A stretch of DNA of 64,000 nucleotides from the human T2T-CHM13v2.0 reference genome, Homo sapiens. Positions 32,685 to 48,910 of the stretch are shown here, piece by piece (the first letter of the stretch is position 1; each line of letters opens with the position of its first letter). The notes beneath the pieces were generated by a model that made no database searches, was not told the DNA's origin, and saw only the letters and a program-made list of their open reading frames with translations. Where the stretch lies: assembly GCF_009914755.1 (NCBI RefSeq), contig NC_060941.1; one strand, 5' to 3'. Position numbers and translations under genes: made by a program.

Positions 32685-32830
32685 CTTGGTTCGGTGGCAG
32701 CTTCTGGGCTCCCCAAGTCCTTCAGCCAACTCCCCACGGTCCTGAGCGAGGTCCCCAGTCCCAGAGAAGCAGATGTCTTGGGGGAGCCTCCACGGGTGTC
32801 TGTGGTCTTGACTGTGCTCTTCAGATCTGC
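32685..32830 (-). other. PIK3R6: Probable PIK3R6 non-coding first exon (5' boundary approximate)
   Basis: Perfect donor AAG|gtaagt at 32685/32684 in unique sequence; position ~11 kb downstream of the PIK3R5 polyA site fits the recalled gene spacing. Confidence 0.65.
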
Positions 32831-35800
32831 AAAGAAAAGCTCGATGTCTCACAGCTCTGTCCCCTCCTCTTCCTTCCCCTTCCTTGTGGCCCTCGAAGCT
32901 CCTCCCAGAATGCATTTTGCTGTGAGGATCCTTTCTAAAGAAGCATGACCCACGGTCACTGGAGGTCCTTTATTCTGATCGAATGTGACCAATTTTATGG
33001 GGCAGGAGGGGGACACCTCCCAAGAGACTCCCTCTGGTGTTGACGGGGGAGGGACTGATGCAGGGAGCCCTGACCTCTCTCTCAAGCTCCAGACTCACCA
33101 ACCATCCCCCACCCCTGGACATGGCCAGCCAGATGTCCCTCAAGCACCTCCATCTCAACAGGTACAAACCGAGCTCATCATTTCTCCCTCTAAGCCCACT
33201 TCTCTGTTTCCTGCCTCAGAATCAGCAACCTCGGTATCATCCTAACGCCTCCCTCTTCCTCGCCTGTTACATCTAAACTGCACCAAGCCCTGTCAATAGG
33301 TCATGAATCCTCCACTTTCTTCCATCCCTATGGCTGTCACTGTTTCACCTGACTACCATGGTCTTTCTCCTGAAACACTACAATAGCCTGAGGTCCTTCA
33401 CCCCACAGCCAAAGGTCTCTTTCTAAGAGTGAAACACAAATCTATTCATGTTACACTCCTGCTACAACCTTCAATGGCTCCTTATTACTTTAAAGAGAAT
33501 GGCCAAACTCCTCAGTGTGACTTGCCAGACCCTTCTTGATCTGGTCCCTCCCTAAACTCCAACCTCATGCTTTATCCCCTCACTCCAGCCCCTCCCAGAA
33601 GTACTGCAGTCTCTTAACTATCCAGGCTGTGGGAATCACTTCCCAACCCTTCTCCTGGCTCATCCCTTGTCATTCATTATTTATCAGAGAAGAACAAAAA
33701 AACAAGCCTAAGAGGCAGGAGGAAAGTGGAGTGCCAGGGATGCTGGCAGAAGACAGAATGCCAAGGAGGAGACAATGGTCAACGACGCCAATGATTGTGG
33801 AGAGGACACAGGTGAAGAGAATGAAGAAGCATCTGCTGTCCTTGGCAATTAGGAGAGAGCAGTGCTGGGCAGGAACAGTAGACCTGCTGGGGGAAGTTGA
33901 TCAACCGCATGGTGACACATTTGCTACTTTGTCATTTTCTTTTTTTCACATTTTGAAGTCAAACACTATTTGGGAGAGTCTCTGACACATTTCTAGAGCT
34001 TTGAAAAACTCACAGATTCTATGCTGTCATCCCGTTGGGCCTAATGGGTAAATGGCTCTAGAGAGTGACAGATTGCTGACAGCAGGGTTTGAGTGCTGGA
34101 TCCAGCTATGCCTGAAATTCTGGGGCTGAATCTACTCTTGGACTGTTCATTGTACATGATCCAATAAATTCCATTCTTTTTTGGATTAAGCCTGTTGGAG
34201 TTTGTCACTTGGCTCAACTCAGAGAGCTTTGGGGCTGTGAAGTCACTGATCCTTTCCCGTAGGGGCTTGACTAGGTTCTATGCTGACCTTTCATTTTGCA
34301 GAGGAAGCTATTTGGAAAAAAAGTCCAGAAATGTAAATCATTTACTCTATTGCTGTGCCTTCCTCCCATAACTGCTTCTTTTCTGTCCCCTTCATGTGAC
34401 TGAAGTCACATTCTATCTTGCATCTTTGTATTAGCGTTCTCAGCTCACATGTCTGCCTTGTTCCTCCCTCAATGAGTCCTGAAAGAGCAGGGGCTAGAGT
34501 GTTGTTCATTATTCCGTCCATCACAGGGTGAAAGAGTGTTAAGAGAATGCTTGGCTTATTTATGAAGCAAATGGGTGACTGAACGAAGGAAACGAATACG
34601 CCCAGGACAGAATAAAGGACCAAGAACTCAGCCCCTGCAGGTTCCAGACTCAGCAGCAGCTGGGCAGTGTGGCCACCCTGGGCAGCGCCTCTCCTTATCA
34701 GCCTTGGCTTAACTGAATCGGAAATCACAAGCCGAGGTCACTTCTTGTGGGTGCACTGCTCTCTTTATCATCAGCTGCCATTTCTGCAACTGCATTTGCT
34801 GTGGTACCCATAGAGGGGGCAGCTTGGTGACCATAGAGAGCCCCAGAGCTGTCCCTTGCAAAGAGGAGCTAGGGTGCTTTCATTTTTGAGTGCACACGGC
34901 TGACCGCCAGCCAGGAACAAAGGACAGTGGGAGGAGGAGGTGACAATAGGAAGGACCAAGTTCCCCCACGGACCCCAGTGCACCGTCCCTACCATCACCA
35001 AGGCAAGGCAGCACTACCCCTTTTGCCAATCCCAGCCATGTCTTTCCTCTCCAGACCATGTTCTTAGGATTTGTTTAATCTGGGTTTTCCAGGCTGTGCT
35101 CTTACCAGGTTTCTCATCTGCACCAGTCTCCAAAGAGCAGCCCCCTCTTTCCCTGCCAAAAGGCAAATGATCCGTCAGCATCAGAACTGTAAAAATTAAG
35201 GTTCCCTGCTTTCACTGTACTAGTTCCCAGATGACCTGGTCAGCTAATGGAGGCAAAGACCCCCCAGAATGATCAATGCCCAAGATACAGAAGCAGAAGG
35301 CCCACCATCTATTGTCACTCCCCTTCCTCCTCCTCCTTCTGCCACCCTCCTCTGCCAAGTGAGGGTCCCCACTCCTGGTGACCCTTCTGGGCATAGCTGC
35401 AATGGCCTCTCTTCAGGTTCTCCTATCTCAGCCAGGGTGTTTGGAAGTCTGTTTACATAACTCGCCTTGGGGTTACAAAGTTACTTACCTTCTCTACAGA
35501 TGAACCACTGTTTCCAATCCATCCTCATCCATTTTCTAATCCATTACAAAGCCACTGAGAGCTTTAAACAAAAATTAAATCTTCTTGCAACTGTGGACAG
35601 AGCCACGGGTGAGGAGGGCCAGGTACCAGCATTGCGGAGGTCTGCAGGACCACAGTATTGGAGTCAGGCAAGAATTACGTGCTTAGGAAAAGAGGTCCCC
35701 AGGGTCGCTTGTGTCCTCACCTGCAGTGCCACCCACCGTGGGAGCTGCTCTGGGATTATTCAGCATCGAAGGCGGCAGAATTTGTCATTTCAGTTTTCTA

Positions 35801-36802
35801 AGGAATCCACTTACATAAAATACTAATAAGCAAAGTCAATTTTACTAAAGATTATGTAGGAGGATGAAGGGAGTGTACATCACACGTCTCTTGGCAAACT
35901 ATTCAAAAATCCTCTGTGGATAGTTCTGAGGATCCCGACGTCCCTCCTCCATGCCATGCCATTGGAGCGGGCAGCCTGGAATGGGGTGGGCTTTTGTGCT
36001 TTTTCCTGTCTCTCTTCTCCCCATGTAACCCTGACTCATTAGCGTCGGTTCCTCCCTCCTAGATTTTTTTCACAGACATATCCAAATTGTCTTCGAAGCC
36101 CATTCAGAGCACTGTAATTCCATTCTAATTCTCAACTCCCCACTTTTCTACCCCAAATTCATGACTGCCACCCACACAGATAGCTCTCTGGTTGGCAGGA
36201 CCCATTTTTAGAAAACCGTGAGAGGTAATAAACCAGAAAAGAGCTGTTAGGAAAACACATTTTGATTCGTTTAAACAATCACCTCGTGAGTCAGCTACAG
36301 TTACACAGATAGGTTAAGTTTAAACGCTCTCATCCCTGGTGGAGGTGAGACTCGACACACTGCCTCGGCACAGGCAGTACCCAACTGCGGGGCACCTTTG
36401 CCTCTGGTGCAGTCCCTCCAGCTCTTGCCCACGGCCCAGAGGCAGGCAGGACAGCGTCATGCTCTAAGCCACTGGTTCGCTAAGGGTAGTCCCTGGACTG
36501 GCAGCATCAGCATTGCCCTGGAAATCCGTTATCAACTAGTACTGTCTGCTGTGGCTGTGGAAAGGGAGGAACAGTGCACACCTCGGGAATTTTCCATCCT
36601 TTACTTCCAGCAGCGTTATTTGGCAGAGTGCATGCAGAATCAGGACTAATTGGGGTGATAGAAGAAGCGGATTTATGCTTCATATCCAACCAGTCACCTT
36701 CTCAGCTATTTTTCTTATTTTTGGTGGTGGTGGGGAAGTTTTTATTTTAAATGCCATCAATGTTCTTTTTTTGTTAAGCTGTAATGTTTAAAAAACTAGT
36801 CA

Positions 36803-37117
<315 letters not shown>

Positions 37118-39779
37118 TACTTAGGTAATCCATAAATATATTTCCATTATAAAAACACTCAAGCATTGTAGGACCCTAAGAGGAAAAAAGGAGGGTCTCT
37201 CTCCTCCCCCTCCTCAATTTCTTTACCCTCCCACCCAGTGATAACCATGGTAAATAGCTTAGGGTAGTTTATACATGTGAGCACCATACAAATCGCTCTT
37301 TAACTTGCTTTGTTTACTTGAAGATCACGATATATCGGTACATAAGGATCAACCACATTCTTTTCTTACATTTAAATGTACATGTTTGTTTGGACTAGTT
37401 ACACATTTACAGGGTTCGAAATGGGAAGGACACAGAGAAGATCAGTCACTCCCTCTTCCGAAAGCTGCCCTTCAGGTGAAGAAAACCTTGTGACCTCCTC
37501 CTTCTCTTTTGCGGGTGCAACTGTCCCCTCTCCCAAACTCCTTGGTACTGGCAGCTCTGTGATGAGGTGAGAGGGCAGACACTTTGGGGTTGCTGTGGAG
37601 GGCGGGGCCTGGTCTCTTCTCATTTCCCCTGTTCTCATGGCTGCCTTGAGAGGGAGACCAAGTGGACCCCTGCTTCCTCTCCCTCTGCCCCTAATACCGC
37701 AGGTTCCTCCTTGGACAGGCTTTTGCTGGTGGAGCTGAGCTGGGGAGGTGTTAGGAGTCTCTTCATCTGCATGATATGCATATCACCCTCTCCATTTTCT
37801 TTTTCCAAATGAACTCACACCAGGAAGTGGAACAAATCAAGATGGCTGGGGTCAACCAGGAAATCAGTGAGAAAACGCAAAGACCCCAACTTGCATTATT
37901 TATGCAAATTGCCTGCCCTCCAAACATGTGCAGGACCACACACCCACTCATGTGCACACGCACACACACACACACACACACACACGCACGCATGCACACA
38001 CTGAGCTACACCCCCAAAAGTAAGCCAGGCTACCTGGCTGGGCCCTCATCCTGGCACGTGCCTCTCACTCTGTGTGACCCTGTGCAGGCCTCTCCCAGTC
38101 TCTGGGCCTCAGTTTCCTCCTCTGTAACCTGAGGGGCTGCAGATTGGGTTTGCAAAGCCCTCCTCAGCTTTCTCAGCCCCAAAACGATTCTGTTCTGGCC
38201 TCAGAGACTTTCGGCTACAGTTTTGCTCAGAGAAGGCCTCTGGTCCCTGGTTGCAAGGGCCCCTTCCTTGGGTGTGTGGGGGTGGGGGCCGCTCTGCTCC
38301 CTCCCTCCTCTTCCCCAGAGGTCTCGGGGGACCCCCTTCAGTCTGCTCTGGAGCCAGGAGCGACATTCACCATTCACCGAGGGCTTCCTTCCTGACTGCC
38401 CTCCCCTTAGCAGTGGTCCGCGCAGACCAGCCTGGAGTCCCGCCAACCCAGTCTGGCCCCAGCTTCCTCTCCTCCTCTATGCCCCCTCCAACTTTTCCAC
38501 CCCTGCCACTCCCACCATTCCTGAGGGTGTGTGAACACAGCTTCTATTTTGAAGCTATCAGAGCGTCTCCAGCGTTCCATTAGAAACGAAGCCATTCTTC
38601 TCAGACATCTGTGTGATCCTTTTCATGGCCTCAGCTTACCCACCACCCACACGAGAGGTTCCAGAGAGCAGCAGAGATTAGCGGTTAAGCGCAGGGACTC
38701 TGGACCCCACCTGTCTGTGCTTAAATCCTGGATTCCCCTTTTTACTGTCTCTGTGAGCTTGGACAAGTTACTTGTCTCTGCCTCAGTTTCCCTGCCTGTA
38801 AAAGGGAGCATAATTGTACCTACCTCATGGGGCTGTGGCACAAATGAGTTAACGTAAGCATGTAAAGCACACAGAGCAGCGCCTGACACGTGCTCAGTAA
38901 GTGCTGAAAGTGTTTGCTGAGAGGTCAGTTCACTCGACGCAGACATTCACAGGTGATTCTCTGTGCAGGTTGCAATGACTGAGACGCTGCACCTTTGAGC
39001 TGGAAATATCTGAGATCCTTCGAACAAGCGCCATTTCTTCCCACTCCCCCCGTGCAAAGAGTGGCAGACACACGTACCTGCTGTGACCACAGCCATGTCT
39101 CCAGGGAGCCCACACTCAGAGTCTCCGGGGCTGTGGTCCGAGCCGGGACATAGGTGTGCCTGAGCACAGAACAGAGAGAAACAAGCTGGCACGCCTGGGG
39201 ACAGAGTCTGCCTCCTGCTTCACTTTGCCCCCAGAGGGATGGGGGATGGCACCCTCTCCCAGGAGGCATTTCCTTTACCCTGATTTTACTGGTATGGTTG
39301 GGGGAAGAAAGAGAAGGATTCAGAGACTTGGGGAAAGGAGGAAGTGGATTCTTCCTCAAGAAAATGGGGGAGCCCTTTCCCCAGGGAAGCTGTGAACATT
39401 ACCGGTGCTGGAGTGGGTGGCAGTGTGGCAATGCGGGAGGGGCAGTCTGAAGGCCCAGGGCAGGCACCAGGCTGGCTGGGTCCACACAGCATCTCGGGTG
39501 TGCCTGGAGCCGCAGGGGCTGAAAACTGTGCTGCTTCTGCTTTGGGCAGACAGGGGGCTGCGGGCTTCTTGCCCTGGAGGCTGTGGGAGAGCCCTTTCCC
39601 CGGGGGGAGGCATGACTGGGATGCCAGGGACTTCAAGGAGAAGTCTGAAGATGGTGATAGACCACTACCTTCCGGCCCCTAGAGGAAGCTCCCAGCTGCC
39701 TGAGGAGAACAAAGAGGTGTAAGCCATTGTGTCTGGAGGAGCCCCCTCTCGGTAAGGCTTCTGCTCACAGGGAGCCCTG

Positions 39780-40572
39780 TGTTGTACCTGAGCGAGTTAG
39801 AGAAAACGCCACACTTTGAGATGAATTAAGAGTCTGTTTATAGTTAGTGATTATTACCAGTAGTTCTTTAATTTACGGGTCTTCATAAGATGTACTGTAC
39901 AATGCTCAATTGTTATGTCATTTAAAGACATCAGGTTCATCTGTTTACTGAGCTAGAAACATAGTATGTAGTTTCACTTTTTAAAATGCAACAGCTGTGC
40001 TGAAATTTTTTTTATCATTAACACTTGAAGTAATAAAATAGGCTTCATTTATTTAAAAAAAATAGAGTCCGTTTATTTAGCCGGTGGTCAAGAGACGGCT
40101 AACGCTCAAAATTCTCTTGGCCCCGAAGAAGGGGCTAGATTTTCTTTTATACTTTGGTTTAGAAAGGGGAGGGGGATCTAGTTAAAACAATTTTACAGAA
40201 ATAAAGTAGGCAAAAAGTTAAAAGGATAAATGGTTACAGGAAAGTAAACAGTTCCAGGTGCAGGGGCTTTAAGACTATTACAAGGTGATAGACGCGGGGC
40301 TTTGGGCGTTATCAATCGGACGAATTCCTGGGAACTGCGGATATCACTCGCCACAGTATCTTATCAGTTAATTGCATTTTTGGATGTGCTGGGAGTCAGC
40401 TTGCACAAGTTAAGTCCTCGAAGAAGGGGCTGCCAGTGAAAGAGCCAAGATGGAGTCTGTCTGGCTCTCTTACCTAAGGGAGAGTCAATTCAGGTGGAAC
40501 CAAGGCTAGGTGATTAAAGGAAAGAGGGAGAGTCTAAAAACAGGGTTAGTAAAAACAAGGTTGAGCATTACA
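39780..40572 (-). mobile_element. Solo ERV1 LTR (LTR6/HERVS71-like) carrying a nested insertion
   Basis: Minus strand starts tgtaatgctcaacc and ends ...gtacaaca; 4-bp TSD cctg (39776-39779 / 40573-40576); ~560 bp after removing the insert. Confidence 0.85.
39842..40063 (+). pseudogene. 5'-truncated processed retrocopy of an unidentified mRNA 3' end
   Basis: AATAAA 40032-40037, A-tail 40055-40062, 13-bp TSD agagtc(t/c)gtttat (39829-39841 / 40064-40076). Confidence 0.8.
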
Positions 40573-41397
40573 CCTGAGGCCCGGTAGGCTACCTGGACTA
40601 CAGTCTCAGCAGCACCATCCCCTTTCACATTGCGTCCCCTGATGAGCCCTACACACTCCCCGGAAAGTAGACACTGTGTCATTTTCACAGGCAAGGAAGC
40701 GAGGCTTGGAGACATCGGGAGGCGGCCAGGGTCACTCCAAGGGTGAACGCTCCTGCTCCTCCCTGGCCTCCCTGTGATCCGAGGTTTAGCCTGAGAGAGT
40801 GCCGTATCCAACAAAGGGAGCAGAGGAAATGTAAGGCCACAGGGGTTCTGCCAGGTGCAGGAAGGAATGATGGAACTGGGGGCCAAGAGAGCGCTCCCTT
40901 CTACGGTCCCAAACCCTGAGACCCGCAGTGCACAGCTTGATTTTGGTCCCCTAACTGAGGCCTGCCCAGCCTTCTAGGAAGCAGGAAGTGGCAAAAGGAG
41001 ACACCTATCTCCTCCCAAAGTTGGAGAAATATACCCATTCCAGGGATGGCAAGACCAGGAGGTCAACATGCCTAGGGCAGAAGTAATTCTGCTGTGAGTA
41101 GTGGGAGGTGAGAGTCTGCAAGTTTATGGCCAGCTCCTGAGCTCTTGGTGAGGTACCATGCGGAGGAGGGGCCACCTTGAGGAGGAGGATGGGGTGCTGA
41201 AAAGGACAGCCTCCTCCTTTCTCTTCATCTGCCAACAGCAGGACCCAATGGGGATTCTAGTTTCAGTCCCCTACCTCGGCCCCTTTCCTCAGTGTTCAAT
41301 GACTCGGATTACAAAAGCTCATGGACTGGATGAGACATTCTGGCTCAGAGCCCCTTTAGCCTATAACCACTTGGCCCATGGATTCGCCTACAGCTCA

Positions 41398-42810
<1,413 letters not shown>

Positions 42811-44069
42811 GTAAGGGGTGTGTGTGTGTGTGTGTATGTGTGTGTGTGTGTTTAAGAAAAAACTGAACTCCAGATTGTATTGGGATTTTACCAGTTTTTG
42901 GATTAATGTTTCAGGATACAAGCCAGTGTCTACTGCTTATTTTTCAGGTTTACTCCATCTCTTTTTGTTTCTCAGTCTTTCCTTATTTTTTGTGACAGTA
43001 AGAGAGTACTGGTCAGGTTATCTGGTCCCATAGTCTGGGTTTATATGATCTTTTTTACTCTTGATTAGACTGGAGTTATGGAAAGAACATCAAAGGTAAA
43101 GTGCACTTCTCATGTGATTTTGTTTTTTTCTTGTGTGGAGATTCCTGTGTCAAAATTCCTGTGCAAAATTTGCTGGGTTTATTAAGTCTGTGGGTTGATG
43201 TGCTTCATCAGTGTTAGCCAATTATTGGCAGAAGGAATATTGTTCTTGTTCCAGGTTCCATTCCTAGGAGGCATCGCGTGTCTCTGCTTGCCTCTCATGC
43301 TGGTCCAATGTGTCTGAAAGACCAACGAAGCAGATCTGCACCCATCCTGCAGCTTGGAGCCAAGCCACTCTGAGCCCAGCCTAGATCAGGTGGTCCCTAG
43401 ATGTCCTCCAGATGCATGAGCAAGAACAAATGATCGGAGACTTAGTTCCCTGAATTGAAGGTATGCTTCATTGTTTGCAATAGCCAGCTGATGCAGAGCT
43501 GGAACAGCTCACAGTTCTTTCTCCCTCCATCCTGAATAGTGTTCTGGCAACCTGGTACTTACCTCCCTCTCCCAAGCCACAGGTGTCCTCTACCATCCCT
43601 CCACTTCTTCTTCTCTCTTTCCTTATCACCCAAGTCTAAAGGCAGTCCCAGATCCAAAGGGCCATTATTGAGCTCTCTTCCCCTCCTCTCAGCTGCATGG
43701 TAGGTCCAGGATCCACTGTGCCACCCATCCGCAGCAACGGCCTCAGGCCCGTCCCCTCCCTGGAGCTTGGGGTACAGGAAACAGATGGATATATGGGTAT
43801 ATATTTCTCAAGTGAAGTAGCACAGGAAACCCCAAATGCTGAGTCCTTAGGTGTAGGAATTTTTGTTCTGTGGGTCAGTGAGTATGATGAGGCTTAAGCA
43901 GAACAGTATTGGGGAAAATTTTCACCCAAATATATTTTCTATAGGGTGGAAAATTACAAAAAGAGAAATAAAACAATCCCCTATGAAGCTTCTTTCTGGT
44001 ATAAATAAAATGATTTATATAAACTGTCCAACTAGCAGGGTCATGCAGCAAAGTAACTACTGGTCATTA

Positions 44070-45794
44070 AATATAGGACAAATCAAGTTTTATTTGACAA
44101 TAATATTAAATTCCACTCATTAGTTCCTGGACATCTGTTGATCACATAATAAGACAACCTGCCCATACAGCAAAAACATATTGAAGATACATGGCCCGCC
44201 ACTCTTCTGGAGCTTAGAGCAAGAGCAGACATTAAGACAGGGGAGAGACGGCCAGGCAAGGTAGAAGCTGGCTCTGTCCACGTCTCTCAAGTCATGAGTA
44301 CTCTGGGCTGGAATTTCACGTAAGGCCTTTTGGGCATAATGAATTAGGAGGCGGGGAAGAGGGACTTTGTGCAGGATACAGTTCATGCTTCCGTGGCTAC
44401 TTTCTCCACATCAGTCCAGATCCTCGTCTTGACTTCTGCCCTATCTCTCTAGCCCATGTTTGCTTCCAGCTTCTCAAACCACTTCAAGCTGGTTGCTTTG
44501 AATTTCAGACTCTCGTGTCCTATCCTAGGCTGACCATTTCCCATGCACCAGTCCCATTTCCCCTGAGTCGGGCACTAAGCTCTGTGAGGCCAGTCACTCC
44601 ATCCTCTGTTCTGGGATCTTGCCCAGGTGCCAGAAGAGTGCCAGTGAACTTGCGGATATGGAAGATTGTACACGCAGAGTGAGATGGGAGTGGGAGGGCC
44701 AATCTGATACAGAAGGGGGTGAAGGGTAGGGCCCCTGAGCAGCCCACCCCTTACCCTGACGAAGGCAATCCTCCTCTGGAATGTCTCTTCCCTCTTCAGT
44801 CTGGGTTCTGCCTCAGCCACGAACTGGGAAGGAGTGAGGAACATCCCAACGGCAATGAGAGTATCCCAGTGACTCCAAACAGGAGGAATCAGTGTTCAGA
44901 AAGTCAGGCACTAAGCTTTACTGAACACCTACTGGGAGCTCGGCACTGGGCTAGGTGCTTTGCAGACAATTTAACCTTTTAAGGATGTCTTATTTCCACC
45001 CCAACTCTCCACTCCATTTTAGTGCTGGAGAAATGAAGGCTTAAAGTTAATTAACTTCCTCTAGTGATTTAGCTAGAACTGAGCTGCTACTAAATTTAAC
45101 CCTATCCTGTCTTCTAAGAATCTCAGATTCCAAAAGGAGATCAAGAGAGAATCTGTGCCGGGTTCTGAGAGTAGACAGGTCCAGCGTTAGTGCTGTTTTT
45201 CTGGAGACTCAGGAAACTTGAGAGAAATTATTGAGGTGTGTGCGTGTGTGTGTGCGCATGTGCGTACATGCATGCCATGTGTGTGTGGTGTTTGCAGGGA
45301 GAGGTGGTCTTGAAGTAGAGAAATGTTTCATCCACATTTCAATCACCTGAGCCCCACAGAGGAGGGGACTGAACTCCAGACATACAGGGTCCTCAAGTCT
45401 TTGGCAAAGTAAGGGGTAGGCTCAGCCAAGGTTGAGAGAAAAGGCCCAAGCCATCCCCCTGAGCACCAGAGCCTCAGATCTTCCTTCTAGAAAGGATCCT
45501 AGACCATGCTAATGGTCAGGGACTTCAGAGGTCAATTTACCCATCCTTCTCCTTCTACTGCCAGGAATCTAAGAGGCTATGGGGTCTGGCCCTTCTCTCT
45601 CTGATAGCTGTTGCTTTCCCAGAACCCTGAGGCCCCAGAAACCCTCTACTCCCAGCCCCTGCTCATTGCAGGACCCACAGTGGGACTATGGCTCTGCACA
45701 GGGCCATTCAGTTCTCCACAGAGAGGGACTGTCCTGGAGGGGTGGCCGAGGAGGTTGCCCCAGGGCTTCTGTCCAGTCTGGCGCTGGGCCCACA
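44070..45794 (-). other. PIK3R5: PIK3R5 3'UTR (~1.7 kb; contains a MIR fragment ~44880-45110 and a (CA)n tract ~45236-45290)
   Basis: Lies between the TAG stop and the AATAAA at 44089-44094. Confidence 0.8.
44089..44094 (-). terminator. PIK3R5 polyadenylation signal AATAAA
   Basis: tttatt on + strand ~1.7 kb downstream of the stop. Confidence 0.75.
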
Positions 45795-45942
45795 CTAGGG
45801 CAGAGCTCCACTGAAAGTCATGATGGGCAGGCAGAGAAGGGAGCAGAGATCAGGTGCGGCCTGGGCCGGCAGGTCAGGAGGCGTCTGGGGTGGTGAGGAG
45901 AGGTCGCTCTTCTCTGGCTTGTAGCACGGTGAGACCTCACAT
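45795..45942 (-). CDS. PIK3R5: PIK3R5 last coding exon (exon 19), (R)[48 protein letters not shown]
   Basis: cacag acceptor; TAG at 45797-45795; 148 nt; matches recalled p101 C-terminus. Confidence 0.96.
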
Positions 45943-46060
45943 CTGTGCAGCAGGGCAGGGGCCAGGGATCAGAGCAGGCCCCCATCCCTCCAGCTCCTTC
46001 CAGGCCTCTGGGTTGGTGGGAGCAGAAACTGCTCCCCTCCCTAGGACCCCCCTTTCCTAC

Positions 46061-46173
46061 CTGACTACACTCTGCAGGATCTTTCTCTCATCCTGGTCCA
46101 GGCACACAGCAAAGGGGCAGCTGTTGGAGCCGATGATCTGCACCTTGTCCACTTTGATCTGCGATGTGCTAAT
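46061..46173 (-). CDS. PIK3R5: PIK3R5 exon 18, [37 protein letters not shown](R)
   Basis: ttccag acceptor, gtagga donor; 113 nt, phase 0->2. Confidence 0.95.
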
Positions 46174-46789
46174 CTGGAAGGAAGGCCCAGGTCAGCCCCG
46201 AATCCCTGGCCATCCAACACTGCCAGCCCCTGGCAGTTCCTTTTCTCAGAACTGCCCATCCACTTCTAGGGGTGTGGGAGGGCAGGGGTTTGTCTGACTG
46301 CGCTCCAGGGTTAATGGCCAGGTCACAGGAGGGAGCCTGAGGCCTCCATCAGCCCCTGCCTCCTCTCCAGCATCTGGAAGAAGCAAGTGCCCCCTGAGGA
46401 GACATTGCCCTGCCTGCTGCCCTCACCGGAGCAGCCCCAGGTCCCCTGATCCAGAGCCTGCTTTCTTTGGTCTCAGAGTCTTAGGACTCTCCTGGCACCC
46501 ACCCCACAACTTTTCCACATACACGCGTCCTCTCACAGGGCACCCCTACCTCCCCGACACCCCGCAACACTCCACACCTGTGTGCATCCCCAAATCACAC
46601 CCCTCACCCTGCCTCTCCTCCCCCACCTCTCCTCTCTCTCTCACACACACACAAGTATGTACACACGGGTGTGTATGTGCACACATGCACACACATACAT
46701 GTGCACACACACGTACACACATACGCACATGCACGCTCCAGTAAGTAAGTCTCTTGAGGGTATGGCTGGAAGGAGAGGGAAGCCCGTAC

Positions 46790-46872
46790 CTGGTTAAAGC
46801 CCTTCTTGGATTTGGAGTTCTGCCTTTTCACCACTTCTGTCAGGTTTAGCGTCAGGGCCTCCATGCTGGAAT
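46790..46872 (-). CDS. PIK3R5: PIK3R5 exon 17, (D)[27 protein letters not shown]
   Basis: cctcag acceptor, gtacgg donor; 83 nt, phase 1->0. Confidence 0.95.
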
Positions 46873-46947
46873 CTGAGGGGCAAGGACACTCAGGCCAGGC
46901 TCAGAGCACCTCCCTACTGCACACCCCACACTGACCACCCCACTCAC

Positions 46948-47041
46948 CCAGCTCCTCCTGCTTCCGGCAGGCCTTGTTGAGGTTCACGGAGGTACAGACC
47001 TTCTCCAGGTTGCTCCAGCGACTTCGTCCACTGATGGCCCC
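46948..47041 (-). CDS. PIK3R5: PIK3R5 exon 16, GAISGRSRWSNLEKVCTSVNLNKACRKQEEL(D)
   Basis: tttccag acceptor, gtgagt donor; 94 nt, phase 0->1. Confidence 0.95.
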
Positions 47042-47389
47042 CTGGAAATGCAGTGTAGCCAGACCCTCTGAGTCCAGAGGCCCCGGTGCCTGCTGCCTTC
47101 TCTTTGAAGGCCCATCAGTGACAGGGGGTTGCCTCTAGTTAGCATATCCCCAGAAAGCCCTCTCTTATTCACCAGGGCCCCTGTACCACCCTGGATAGAC
47201 CTGGATGACTCCAGGGAAGAGCTCACGTCACTGGCTTGGTCTAGGGGTCAGCAGCCTCTGTGACCAGGTTGAAAGGTACAAGAGCTGAGAGCACCTGCAG
47301 GGGTGGTCCTGAAGCTCTCCTGCCGGGCCCAGAGTGAAGAAGGGTTGGGCCCACAGACATGCTGTTTCTGGCAGAGCCAGACCTGAACC

Positions 47390-48910
<1,521 letters not shown>

